This document shows, one piece after another, positions 18,054 through 26,800 of a stretch of 35,194 nucleotides of DNA. The translations under genes and the position numbers were made by a program. The stretch covers positions 1-35,194 of the forward strand of contig JAFZPB010000175.1 in assembly GCA_017552595.1 (NCBI GenBank). Reading direction: 5' to 3'. The notes under the pieces are model-generated. The model saw nothing but the letters and a program-made list of their open reading frames with translations. It did no database searches and was not told the DNA's origin. Within the stretch, counting starts at the first letter, position 1. The number at the start of each line of letters is the position of its first letter. This DNA is from Muribaculaceae bacterium (lineage in GTDB: Bacteria; Bacteroidota; Bacteroidia; Bacteroidales; Muribaculaceae).

Positions 18054-19853
18054 TCAATCGGGTTTAAGTCCGAACTCGGCGATAAACGTGTCGAGATAAG
18101 GATTATCGGTTTTCATTCGGTCGAGCACCTTTGCCGTACGCCATGTCGATGGCGGGGCTTCGTCTTCGCTCTCTATAATATCGACATCCAGCGAGAGGTT
18201 GTCGTTTTTGATTTTGTCGGCGATAAAACGTAAAATCGCTGGCCGGGCCTCTTCGAGTTGGCGTTGTTGCAGAAGCGAAAGCGCCCGCACGGAATAGTGC
18301 CCTTCGGCCACTCGTTTGGGCTTGCAAGTAATCATTGCGTTTGCCACGATTTTTTCCGTCGGAATGCTGGCGGCATATTCGTTCCATGCTTTGGCGAAAT
18401 CTTCATCGGTAAACGGCTCGTTGCGTTTTACTCCGGCTTGATTAGCCTCTGCTTGTTCGGTTTTTTTGCGGTTCCCGTGTATGGAAATGTCATTTAGTTC
18501 GGAAATGGAACGCATTGAGCCGAGCGGAGCGACCTTCGCGAAAGTTTTGGGTGCCGGTGCGGGATGAACGGCGTGTGAAATCGGCTCTTTCGCCACGGTT
18601 GGCGCTGCCGAGGGCTGTGGGTTGACCGCTACAGGTGGCGCAGGCTTGGCTACGGGTGTGCTTGCTTGCTGTTGAGGTGCAGGTGCGGCGGAAGGAGCGC
18701 TGACAGGCTCTATTTTTTTGAGTTGCCCCTCTCCATCGCCGCTATTAGTCGGGGAGGGGCTTAGCAGTTGGCACAGTTGAATCAATGTCAGTTCGACAAG
18801 GAATTGCTTGTTTGTGGCAACGCGGTAGTTGAGGTCGGCGTTGTTGCAAAGTTCCATAGCCTTGTAGAGGAACTGCGGAGTGCATTTCTTCGCCTGTTGT
18901 GCCATTGTCGAACGCACATCGTCGGAGGCTTCAAGCAGGCAGATTGTCTGCGGGTCCTTCGCCACCATCAGGTCGCGGAAGTGGCCTGCCAATCCGTTGA
19001 CGAAAAATTGCGAATCAAAGCCCTTGTCGCGGATTTCCTTATAAATCAAAAGCGATTCCTGCACGTTCGACGCAAGAAAAGCGTCGACGAGGCGGGTGTA
19101 GTATTCGTAGTCAAGGACGTTGAGGTTCTCGATTGTTGACTGATAAGTGATAGTGCCACGAGATGATGCCGCCACTTGGTCGAAAATCGACAGGGCGTCG
19201 CGCATAGCGCCGTCGGCCTTGCGGGCGATGACGTTGAGTGCGGCTGTCTCCGCGGTGATTCCCTCCTGACCCGCAACATACTGCAGATGGTCAATCATGT
19301 CCTGAATGGTGATGCGGTTGAAATCGTAGATTTGGCATCTCGACAGGATTGTGGGGATAATCTTGTGCTTTTCGGTAGTGGCGAGGATGAAAATCACATA
19401 ACTCGGCGGTTCCTCGAGGGTTTTGAGGAATGCATTGAAAGCTGCGGTCGATAGCATGTGGACCTCGTCGATGATGAACACGCGATAGCGTCCCGTCGTC
19501 GGGGGCACCTGCACTTGGTCGACGAGATTGCGGATATCCTCAACACCATTGTTCGAAGCCGCGTCGAGTTCAATGATGTTAAGCGAACGGCCCTCGTTGA
19601 AATCGCGGCAGGAGTCGCATTCGTTGCAAGGGTCGCCATCGGGTGTGCGGTGCTGGCAGTTGATGGTTTTGGCGAAAATACGCGCACACGAAGTCTTGCC
19701 GACACCGCGCGAGCCGCAGAAGAGATAGGCGTGGGCGAGACGGTCGGTGGCAATCGAGTTCTTCAACGTGGCGGTAAGGGCTTTCTGCCCCACCACCGAG
19801 CCGAAGGTCGATGGACGGTACTTTCTGGCCGAAACAAGATAAGATTCTTCCAT
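18054..19853 (-). CDS. dnaX: DNA polymerase III subunit gamma/tau
   Basis: 599 aa. It has ARKYRPSTFGSVVGQ, Walker A GSRGVGKTS, a zinc module (CQHRTPDGDPCNECDSC), DEVHML and SRCQ. A Pro/Ala-rich linker follows about residue 365. Confidence 0.93.
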   Translation of the reverse strand: MEESYLVSARKYRPSTFGSVVGQKALTATLKNSIATDRLAHAYLFCGSRGVGKTSCARIFAKTINCQHRTPDGDPCNECDSCRDFNEGRSLNIIELDAASNNGVEDIRNLVDQVQVPPTTGRYRVFIIDEVHMLSTAAFNAFLKTLEEPPSYVIFILATTEKHKIIPTILSRCQIYDFNRITIQDMIDHLQYVAGQEGITAETAALNVIARKADGAMRDALSIFDQVAASSRGTITYQSTIENLNVLDYEYYTRLVDAFLASNVQESLLIYKEIRDKGFDSQFFVNGLAGHFRDLMVAKDPQTICLLEASDDVRSTMAQQAKKCTPQFLYKAMELCNNADLNYRVATNKQFLVELTLIQLCQLLSPSPTNSGDGEGQLKKIEPVSAPSAAPAPQQQASTPVAKPAPPVAVNPQPSAAPTVAKEPISHAVHPAPAPKTFAKVAPLGSMRSISELNDISIHGNRKKTEQAEANQAGVKRNEPFTDEDFAKAWNEYAASIPTEKIVANAMITCKPKRVAEGHYSVRALSLLQQRQLEEARPAILRFIADKIKNDNLSLDVDIIESEDEAPPSTWRTAKVLDRMKTDNPYLDTFIAEFGLKPD

Positions 19854-19867
19854 TTGCTTTCCGTAGG

Positions 19868-20161
19868 TTATTTATTCTTTTTTCTGTCCTTTTTGAAGTA
19901 ATCGTTATACATCTTGATGCCAAAAATAATCGAACTCATAGATGTTGTGAGCACGTTTGTGAGCATCAGGGGAATGTTGCCCGTCATGCCGCCCTGAATG
20001 GCGAAAAACAGACCGCCCACAGCCATCAACAGGAATGTGCCGAGAGCGATATCGTCGGTTGAGCGGGTGCGGATTGTCTGGATAGTCTGAGGCAGATAAC
20101 CAAGCACCATCGTGATGCTGGCGATATAGCCGATAATGTCGGTTGTAAGTGTATGTTCCAT
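19868..20161 (-). CDS. SemiSWEET / PQ-loop family small transporter
   Basis: 97 aa with three predicted TM helices. A PQ motif sits in TM1 (GYLPQTIQTIRTRST). Confidence 0.7.
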   Translation of the reverse strand: MEHTLTTDIIGYIASITMVLGYLPQTIQTIRTRSTDDIALGTFLLMAVGGLFFAIQGGMTGNIPLMLTNVLTTSMSSIIFGIKMYNDYFKKDRKKNK

Positions 20162-20173
20162 GGTTATATGTAA

Positions 20174-21262
20174 TTATTTATTAGCAAAACGTTTAGCCTG
20201 CTCTTCGATGAGGGCAGTGTCCTCGAAATAGTTGATACGCATGGCGCGGCGCACGTCGGCGAGAGTGTCGGCGGCTGCGGCGCGGGCGATGTCGCATCCT
20301 TGGCGGAGAATGTCGTAGATTTCGGGGATATGTTGTTCCCAATATGCGCGACGTTCACGAATGGGAGCGAGCGTTTCGTCAAGAACATTCATAAGGAATT
20401 TCTTTACCGTGCCGTCGCCGAGGCCGCCGCGGACATAGTGGTTCTTCATTTCCTGGAGGTTGGCATAGGTGTCGGAATAGCGGGCGAAATGTTCGTCGGT
20501 GGCGAATGCGTCAAGATAGATAAACGGGCAGTTGCCTTCGAGGTGTCCGGGATCGTCAACAGAAAGGTGTAGCGGGTCGGTGTACATTGATTTTACCTTT
20601 TTGTCTACCTCTTTTTTCGTGTCGGAGAGATAGATGCAGTTGCCGAGCGATTTCGACATTTTAGCCTTGCCGTCGATACCTGGGAGACGCATCGAAGCGG
20701 CGTTGTCGGGGAGAAGAATGTCGGGTTCGACAAGCGTTTCGCCGTAGATGTTGTTGAAACGGTTGACGATTTCTCGCGTCAGTTCAATCATCGGCGCTTG
20801 GTCTTCGCCCACAGGCACAGTCGTGGCACGAAAAGCAGTGATGTCGGAGGCTTGGCTGACGGGATAGCAGAAGAATCCTACGGGAATCGATGCTTCGAAA
20901 TTGCGCATCTTGATTTCCGTTTTGACTGTCGGGTTACGCTGCACGCGCGACACAGTCACGAGATTCATATAATAGAACGCCAACTCGGTCAGTTCGGGAA
21001 CGGCCGATTGGATGAAAATGGTAGTTTTCGACGGGTCGAGGCCTACCGACAGATAGTCAAGCGCCACCTCGATGATGTTTTGGCGGATTTTTTCCGGATT
21101 GTCGGCGTTGTCGGTTAGGGCTTGGGCGTCGGCAATCATCACATATATTTTATCGAATTTACCCGAATTTTGAAGTTCGACACGACGGCGCAGCGAACCC
21201 ACGTAGTGTCCGAGATGCAAGCGGCCGGTAGGGCGGTCGCCGGTAAGAATGATTTTCTCCAT
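20174..21262 (-). CDS. trpS: Tryptophan--tRNA ligase
   Basis: 362 aa. It has a HIGH-type motif ([11 protein letters not shown]) and KMSKS ([11 protein letters not shown]). Confidence 0.95.
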   Translation of the reverse strand: MEKIILTGDRPTGRLHLGHYVGSLRRRVELQNSGKFDKIYVMIADAQALTDNADNPEKIRQNIIEVALDYLSVGLDPSKTTIFIQSAVPELTELAFYYMNLVTVSRVQRNPTVKTEIKMRNFEASIPVGFFCYPVSQASDITAFRATTVPVGEDQAPMIELTREIVNRFNNIYGETLVEPDILLPDNAASMRLPGIDGKAKMSKSLGNCIYLSDTKKEVDKKVKSMYTDPLHLSVDDPGHLEGNCPFIYLDAFATDEHFARYSDTYANLQEMKNHYVRGGLGDGTVKKFLMNVLDETLAPIRERRAYWEQHIPEIYDILRQGCDIARAAAADTLADVRRAMRINYFEDTALIEEQAKRFANK

Positions 21263-21280
21263 ACGATTAGTTATATTTTT

Positions 21281-21700
21281 ACAAAATTAGTGCAAGCCGA
21301 GCGAAATACCAAATTTATTTGAGTATTTCCGAAGCGCCGCCTAATTTATACAAAATTAGTGTAAACTGAGCGCAGAACAAAATAAAAGACGAAGTTTTTT
21401 TATTTTTTATGCCGAAGTGCAGCCTGATTTCGAGCGCAACAGGCGCTCAAAATTAGTGCAACCACGAAGTGCTCGCGAGTGGGAGTTTAGCGGACGTCGC
21501 CCGAGGGCGGTGCGCGATGGCGAAGCCAAAACTACCCACCGCAACCCGAGCGAAATACCAAATTTATTTGAGTATTTCCGAGGCGCCACCTAATTTATCC
21601 AAAATTAGTGCAACCTGAGCGAAAATGCAAACTGTTTGCAATTTTCCGAAACGCCGCCTAATTTATCCAAAATTAGTGCAACCACGAAGTGCTCGCTAAA
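21281..21700. repeat. Modular intergenic repeat array: conserved core plus variable palindromic hairpin, 4-5 units
   Basis: CAAAATTAGTG occurs 5 times (21282, 21351, 21448, 21600, 21668). A 64-nt copy pair, 21298-21361 and 21547-21610, is identical at 61/64 positions. AAAATTAGTGCAACCACGAAGTGCTCGC occurs twice (21449, 21669). The palindrome CTAATTT-N5-AAATTAG occurs 3 times. Confidence 0.8.
21282..21289 (-). promoter_or_regulatory. -7 box TAATTTTG, 20 nt upstream of the trpS ATG (the proximal copy of a repeated motif)
   Basis: The plus strand reads caaaatta. The reverse complement is an exact TAnnTTTG. Confidence 0.45.
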
Positions 21701-21768
21701 ATACAACAAAGCGGATGACGACACGCTGTTAATTATTGTAAAAATTCGCTAATAATATATAATCACTA

Positions 21769-21832
21769 GAAAAATGTGTGATTTCGCACAAAACTCCAAC
21801 GAAAAATGTGTAAATTTGCACATAAATCTAAC
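21769..21832. repeat. Two tandem 32-bp direct repeats, each holding a TGTG-N8-CACA palindrome. The second copy holds the -7 box TAAATTTG (21811-21818) of the downstream ATPase gene
   Basis: gaaaaatgtgtgatttcgcacaaaactccaac and gaaaaatgtgtaaatttgcacataaatctaac match at 25/32 positions. Confidence 0.7.
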
Positions 21833-21844
21833 GAACTTTGTGTT

Positions 21845-23185
21845 ATGGAATTTTACAGAACGATTTTAAACGATTTAGAACGATGGAAAAATTCGCCTAA
21901 CAGAAAACCCCTATTGATTAGAGGCGCAAGGCAAATTGGCAAGACTTGGGCGTTAAAACGTTTTGGCGAAACATGTTTCGAGAATAGCGTCTATGTCAAC
22001 TTTGAAGAGGCCATTGAAATAAGAGCAGAGTTTGAAAAAACAAAAGCCCCTTCAAGGATAATACCTATATTGAGAACCTATTTAGGCCAAAGAATTGATG
22101 CTGGAAGGACTTTGATTATTTTCGATGAAATCCAAGAGTGCAACTCGGCTTTGAATTCGTTGAAGTATTTCTGCGAAGAAGCGCCAGAGTATCATATTAT
22201 TGCAGCGGGTTCTCTTTTGGGAGTGATGCTATCAAAAGGAGATTCATTTCCTGTCGGGAAAGTGGATATTCTTGATATGTATCCATTGACATTTCGTGAA
22301 TTTTTGTGGACCGCCGAAAAACGAATGTTGGATTATATTGATTCCTTGGATGCGATTTCTCCTCTTCCTCAATTTGTTTTTAATTCATTGGAAGAGTTGT
22401 TCAGGCGATATATGATTAGCGGCGGTATGCCAGAGGCGGCCTTGGCAATGTTGGAGGGAAAGGAAATGTCTGTAATCGACAAGACTCTCGATAATATACT
22501 GGCTTCTTATGCATGGGATTTTGCCAAGCATTCCCAACCTAACGACACGCAGAGGATTGCGGCTATTTGGCAGTCGCTGCCATCCCAGTTGTCCAAAGAG
22601 AACAGAAAGTTTGTTTATGGTGTTGTTAAGACAGGAGCACGAGCACGTGAATATGAGAGTGCATTGCTATGGCTTGAGCATGCCGGACTAATTATTCGTT
22701 CGTTTTGTTCAAGCAAACCACTATTGCCCTTGACTGCCTACGATGATTTGTCTTCATTTAAGGTGTATGCTGGAGATGTGGGCCTATTGAGAGCGCTGGC
22801 AAAATTACCGAATGATGCTATTTTTGGAGAATCTCATGCCTTTGTCGAATTTAAAGGCGCTTTAATGGAGAATTATATTCTTCAGTCACTAATGTGTCAA
22901 TTCTCGCCTATACCACGTTATTGGATGTCGAGTGGAACCGCTGAAGTGGATTTTGTAATCCAAAACGAACTCGACATTATTCCTGTCGAAGTGAAATCTG
23001 GAATAAATCTTCGGGCAAAAAGTTTAAAACTGTATATAGAAAGATATTCTCCCACAGTAGCACTAAGATTCTCGCGTACAAATATAAACGATTCTGGGAA
23101 AGTGCTTGACCTCCCACTATTTCTTGCCGATTGGACAAAACAGATTCTTGAAATTAGAAAATCCACTGACGGACGTTCGAAATAG
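21845..23185 (+). CDS. AAA+ ATPase (AAA_14-like) with a C-terminal DUF4143 / PD-(D/E)xK-like domain
   Basis: I chose the start at Met14 of the tracked ORF, because the -7 box lies inside the longer ORF. Walker A is GARQIGKTW and Walker B is LIIFDEIQ. The C-terminus is EVDFVIQNELDIIPVEVKSG, a D...E-x-K pattern. The family assignment is from memory. Confidence 0.85.
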   Translation: MEFYRTILNDLERWKNSPNRKPLLIRGARQIGKTWALKRFGETCFENSVYVNFEEAIEIRAEFEKTKAPSRIIPILRTYLGQRIDAGRTLIIFDEIQECNSALNSLKYFCEEAPEYHIIAAGSLLGVMLSKGDSFPVGKVDILDMYPLTFREFLWTAEKRMLDYIDSLDAISPLPQFVFNSLEELFRRYMISGGMPEAALAMLEGKEMSVIDKTLDNILASYAWDFAKHSQPNDTQRIAAIWQSLPSQLSKENRKFVYGVVKTGARAREYESALLWLEHAGLIIRSFCSSKPLLPLTAYDDLSSFKVYAGDVGLLRALAKLPNDAIFGESHAFVEFKGALMENYILQSLMCQFSPIPRYWMSSGTAEVDFVIQNELDIIPVEVKSGINLRAKSLKLYIERYSPTVALRFSRTNINDSGKVLDLPLFLADWTKQILEIRKSTDGRSK

Positions 23186-23193
23186 AACAAAAA

Positions 23194-23223
23194 ACAGTGG
23201 GCTGCCAATTGGCAGCCCACTGT
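23194..23223. terminator. Perfect 13-bp hairpin between the convergent genes. The T-tract is on the minus side, so it terminates mscL
   Basis: Stem ACAGTGGGCTGCC / GGCAGCCCACTGT with loop AATT. The plus strand is preceded by aacaaaaa, which is TTTTTGTT downstream on the minus strand. Confidence 0.75.
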
Positions 23224-23246
23224 TGGTCAATTTCCGCAATTAGGGA

Positions 23247-23675
23247 TTAGTCCTTTTTGAGGAGGTCGCGGATTTCGGTGAGGAGTTTGGCCTCGTCGGA
23301 GGGTTCTGCGGGGGCTTCTTCAGCGGCCTCTTCTTCTTTCTTCTTGCGGTTCATCTTGGCGATGCCTTTGATGGCGAGGAAGATACAGAGTGCGATGATG
23401 AGGAAGTCGATGGCAGTTTGGATGAAGTTGCCATATTGAACGGCGATTTCACCTTCCATCACACCTTCGGCGTTTGCCGTACCTTCGGCGAGCACCCATT
23501 TCCATTGGGTAAGATCCATGCCACCGCATGCGCGGGTTACGAGAGGCATAATAACGTCATCGACGAGCGAAGTGACGATTTTGCCGAATGCGCCGCCGAT
23601 GATGACACCGATGGCCATGTCCATTACATTGCCTTTAAGGGCAAATTCCTTGAAGTCTTGAATAAATTTCTTCAT
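23247..23675 (-). CDS. mscL: Large-conductance mechanosensitive channel
   Basis: 142 aa. FKEFALKGNVMDMAIGVIIGGAFGKIVTSLVDDVIMP is canonical MscL. Confidence 0.93.
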   Translation of the reverse strand: MKKFIQDFKEFALKGNVMDMAIGVIIGGAFGKIVTSLVDDVIMPLVTRACGGMDLTQWKWVLAEGTANAEGVMEGEIAVQYGNFIQTAIDFLIIALCIFLAIKGIAKMNRKKKEEEAAEEAPAEPSDEAKLLTEIRDLLKKD

Positions 23676-23727
23676 AAGATTGAGAGTTTTATGGGATAAA
23701 AATTGTTGAAATTTCCTTCACTTTCTG

Positions 23728-23735
23728 CAAATTTA
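23728..23735 (-). promoter_or_regulatory. -7 box TAAATTTG upstream of mscL
   Basis: The plus strand reads caaattta, an exact TAnnTTTG on the minus strand, 53 nt upstream of the ATG. Confidence 0.45.
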
Positions 23736-23793
23736 CTACAAAAAATTGATTTTGTGGAAAAATCGCTGATAAAAACGCCGAAATGTGTCATTT

Positions 23794-23830
23794 CGAAAAG
23801 AAGAATGCTCGGCAGTCAACCGCCGAGCAT
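23794..23830 (-). terminator. Rho-independent terminator of the large cargo gene
   Basis: Perfect 9-bp stem ATGCTCGGC / GCCGAGCAT (23805-23813 / 23822-23830) with an 8-nt loop. On the minus strand it is followed by TTCTTCTTTTCG. Confidence 0.7.
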
Positions 23831-23843
23831 CTTTCTTAATTGT

Positions 23844-23871
23844 GAATTATGCATTATGAATTATGCATTAT
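23844..23871. repeat. Perfect tandem duplication of the 14-mer GAATTATGCATTAT, abutting the cargo gene stop codon
   Basis: Direct reading: 23844-23857 is identical to 23858-23871. Confidence 0.85.
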
Positions 23872-26800
23872 CATTTTGCCAATCGCTTCGAGGTGGCGAT
23901 TTGGCCGTTGTCGTAGAGGCGCACCTCGATGTAGAAGCCTGTCGAGGGCGCTTCGTTCAGACGCACGCCCTTCAGGTCGTAGTACTGCACTTCCTTGAGA
24001 TTGACATCGTCCTTGACGCTGTCAACTCCGGTGATGACCGGGTCGTCGGATGCGGGAATATAGTCGGTGTAGCCTGTCGCGGACACGTTGCCTGCGGTGG
24101 GCGTTACTGTCGTGCCGTCAACGGTCACGCTGCCGCTGCCACCATATTCAGCCTTGACGCGGTAGAGCCATGCGGCGGGATTCTCCTGCGTCGGGTCGGT
24201 GACCGACATGGGGTGATAAGCCGAAGTGACATCCACCGCCCAGTAGTACATGAACGAGATGTCGCCCTCGGTTCCCGGGATTTGGTTGGACGTGAAGCGG
24301 TAGTTGCCTTTGAAACGACCTGCACCGATTCCCTGTCCGACGGGATAGGTCGTTGGAGCCTCAATAGTCTCGCCGTAACATATGTTGTTGATGGTACGGT
24401 CAACTACGTTCGCCCAAGTAGTGCCGCCGTCTTTCGACACCTCAAGTTGGTAGTAGCTTACGGGAATCGAGGTGGACGGGTTGTACAGCGGGTCGTCATC
24501 GAGGGTTATTTCCACGCGATAGACGTCGAAGTAGTAGCGGTGGCTTTCGCCTGTCTGTTCCCACCAGATGTCGTGGGCCTGATGCGGTTCGCAGTAGGTC
24601 ACTGCCGAAATCGACGGCGAATAGGTAGTGTAGGTGTAGCCCGAGAACGACTTAGTCGTCTGACTTGACTGAGACGCTGCCGATGTCGGACTGTAGACGT
24701 AGTGGGCTGTCACGTACACTTCGGTCTGCTGGCCGAGCTTCAGGTCGCGAGCGTTGAGCGACACGGTGTTGGCGGCTCCCGCTCCCGATTTGGCGTCGAT
24801 TGAAATAGTGTTAAAGTTCGCTCCGCCTTCGGTCTTCGCATAATTACCGCTGCCGCTACAGACGGTCACGACATAGTGGTCGAGATAGTAGTCGGAGAAT
24901 GTCGTGGGATATGCGGGGAATGTTGTGCCGTCGGAAGTGTTCGGACGGTCGAAAGTGATAGTCGCGTCGATTCGTGCGAGATCACGGTCGGGATTGTTCG
25001 TCGAAGTGCCGATGATGGGCGAATATGCCACGTTGATGCTTGACGAAGCCACGGGCTGCGACTGCGGAGTGATGGTGATTGTCTCCGAAGCCAAGTCGGA
25101 GTTCACACAACCCGACATAACGGCGATGGCCTTGACGGTGGTGGTTTTACTGACAATGATAGGATCTGTCGTATAGGTGAATGTCGTCTTCGGAAGGAAA
25201 TTGGTGCCAGATGAAGAATTAGGTGTTGTGATACTTTCCAAATTTGTTGAGTTGTACCTATATCCCGAGCACCCCGATTCGCCGGTAGTTCCGTAGAAAG
25301 AGGCGCTTTTATAATCACCTGTGACTGTGGTGTATACACCCACGAGAAGGTTGCCTCCGTGGTACTCAAAAGGCGTTGTGAAGTTGACGGTAAGCGTAGG
25401 TTGGGTGGCATCAAGTTCACCCTCGTAAACAACGGTTCCGCCAGTAGGACCTATAAATGAGCCTCCCAAAGTGGTGTTTGACACTTCTTTCAAGAACACC
25501 TTAAATCGTGCCGCACCGAAACTGCCGCTTGCTGGAGAAGACAAATACCACGTCAAAGAGTTAATACCTACGGCATCAGATGCACTTGCGCCCATTCCCG
25601 ACAACTGCGATGCAGGAATGATATGTTCGGATTTTTCATATTGCTCAGCATACCATCCATAGAAAGGAATATAACTGCTGGTGGTGGTGCCGTCGTTGGC
25701 TGTAAGCGAGCGATTGTAAGTGAACGTCGTCTTCGGCAGGAAATTTGTCGTGCCGGCCGTCGTTTCGGGAGTTGTGATTGCATCCAAACCATCTCTACTC
25801 CACTTATAACCTGAGCAACCCTCCGTACCAGTGGTGCCGTAGAAAAATACTTGTTCCCAATAGCCATTAACCGTTGTGAAAACGCCTACAAGCAGATTCC
25901 CGCCGTGATATTCGAATGGTGTTGAGAAATTGACAGTGAGGGTGTTTTGAATTGCGCTAAGTGTACCTTCGTAAACCACAGTACCGCCTTCCGGCTCTTC
26001 GAATGTGTTAAAAGTAGTGCCGGTCACTTCTTTCAGGAATACCTTAAACTTTGCGTAGCCCATACCGGAACTTGCAGGGGATGATAGGTACCATGTCAAG
26101 GAATTGATTGAAACAGCAGATGATGCGCTCGCCCCCATACTCGACATGGTCGAAGCGGGAATAATATACTCATGCTTCTCGTAAGCATCGGTGTACCACA
26201 CGTATACGGGAATATACTCATTGGTGTTAGAACCTTCATTGACGGTGAGCGGAGGAGAAAATATTGGAGATGATGCCGTAGGCGTCGAGCCGTCGGTGGT
26301 GTAGTGGATGGTGGCGCCCGGCGTTGAACAAGAGATATTCACCGCCTGCTCCTTAGAATAAGTGCCTGTGCCGGGAGTAATCACCGGCGTTGCGCATTTG
26401 ACGGTATATGATGCTGTTGCGACGGAAGAATCCGTCTTATCGGTTTGTGTGGCATATGCCTTCAAGGTTGTTGCCACTGTTATATTGACAGTCATTGTGT
26501 TGCCCGCAGCAGTGGCGTATTCCGAACCTCCGTCGGTGTTGTATTTGAGCGTCGAACCGGCGGGCGCTGTGATTGTCACTGTCCCCGAAGTTGTGAACTG
26601 CGTACCTGAGGCCACCGAGAATGTCGGAGCCGCAAGCGTTGCGTCAATTGTATAAGTTTGGTCAAACTCATTGGAATCGGAATAATTCGACTTAAACGCT
26701 TTGGCGCGGATTCGGGTGGTTGAAGTCACATTAATTGTTCCGGAATATGCGGTTGATGAAGAGGTTGGAGCCGAGCCATCGGTGGTGTAGCGGATGGTGG

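Noticed and set aside
21407-21589. 60-aa minus-strand ORF
   Set aside because: It lies wholly within the non-coding repeat modules and spans repeat-unit boundaries.
21281-21700. CRISPR array
   Set aside because: The repeat units vary in length (68-151 nt) and composition. No uniform 24-48-nt repeat alternates with unique spacers, and there are no cas genes.
21263-21805. T-box or other tRNA-sensing leader for trpS
   Set aside because: I could not find a T-box sequence (GGGUGGNACCGCG-like) or a specifier-loop architecture on the minus strand. T-boxes are not a known feature of Bacteroidetes, and the proximal -7 box sits only 20 nt from the ATG.
21806-21844. Upstream ATG for the DUF4143 ATPase
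   Set aside because: An exact -7 promoter box (21811-21818) lies inside this extension. The family N-terminus matches the Met at 21845.
23703-24668. 321-aa plus-strand ORF (TTG start)
   Set aside because: It is antisense to the 3' end of the cargo gene and spans its terminator. The composition is that of a shadow ORF.
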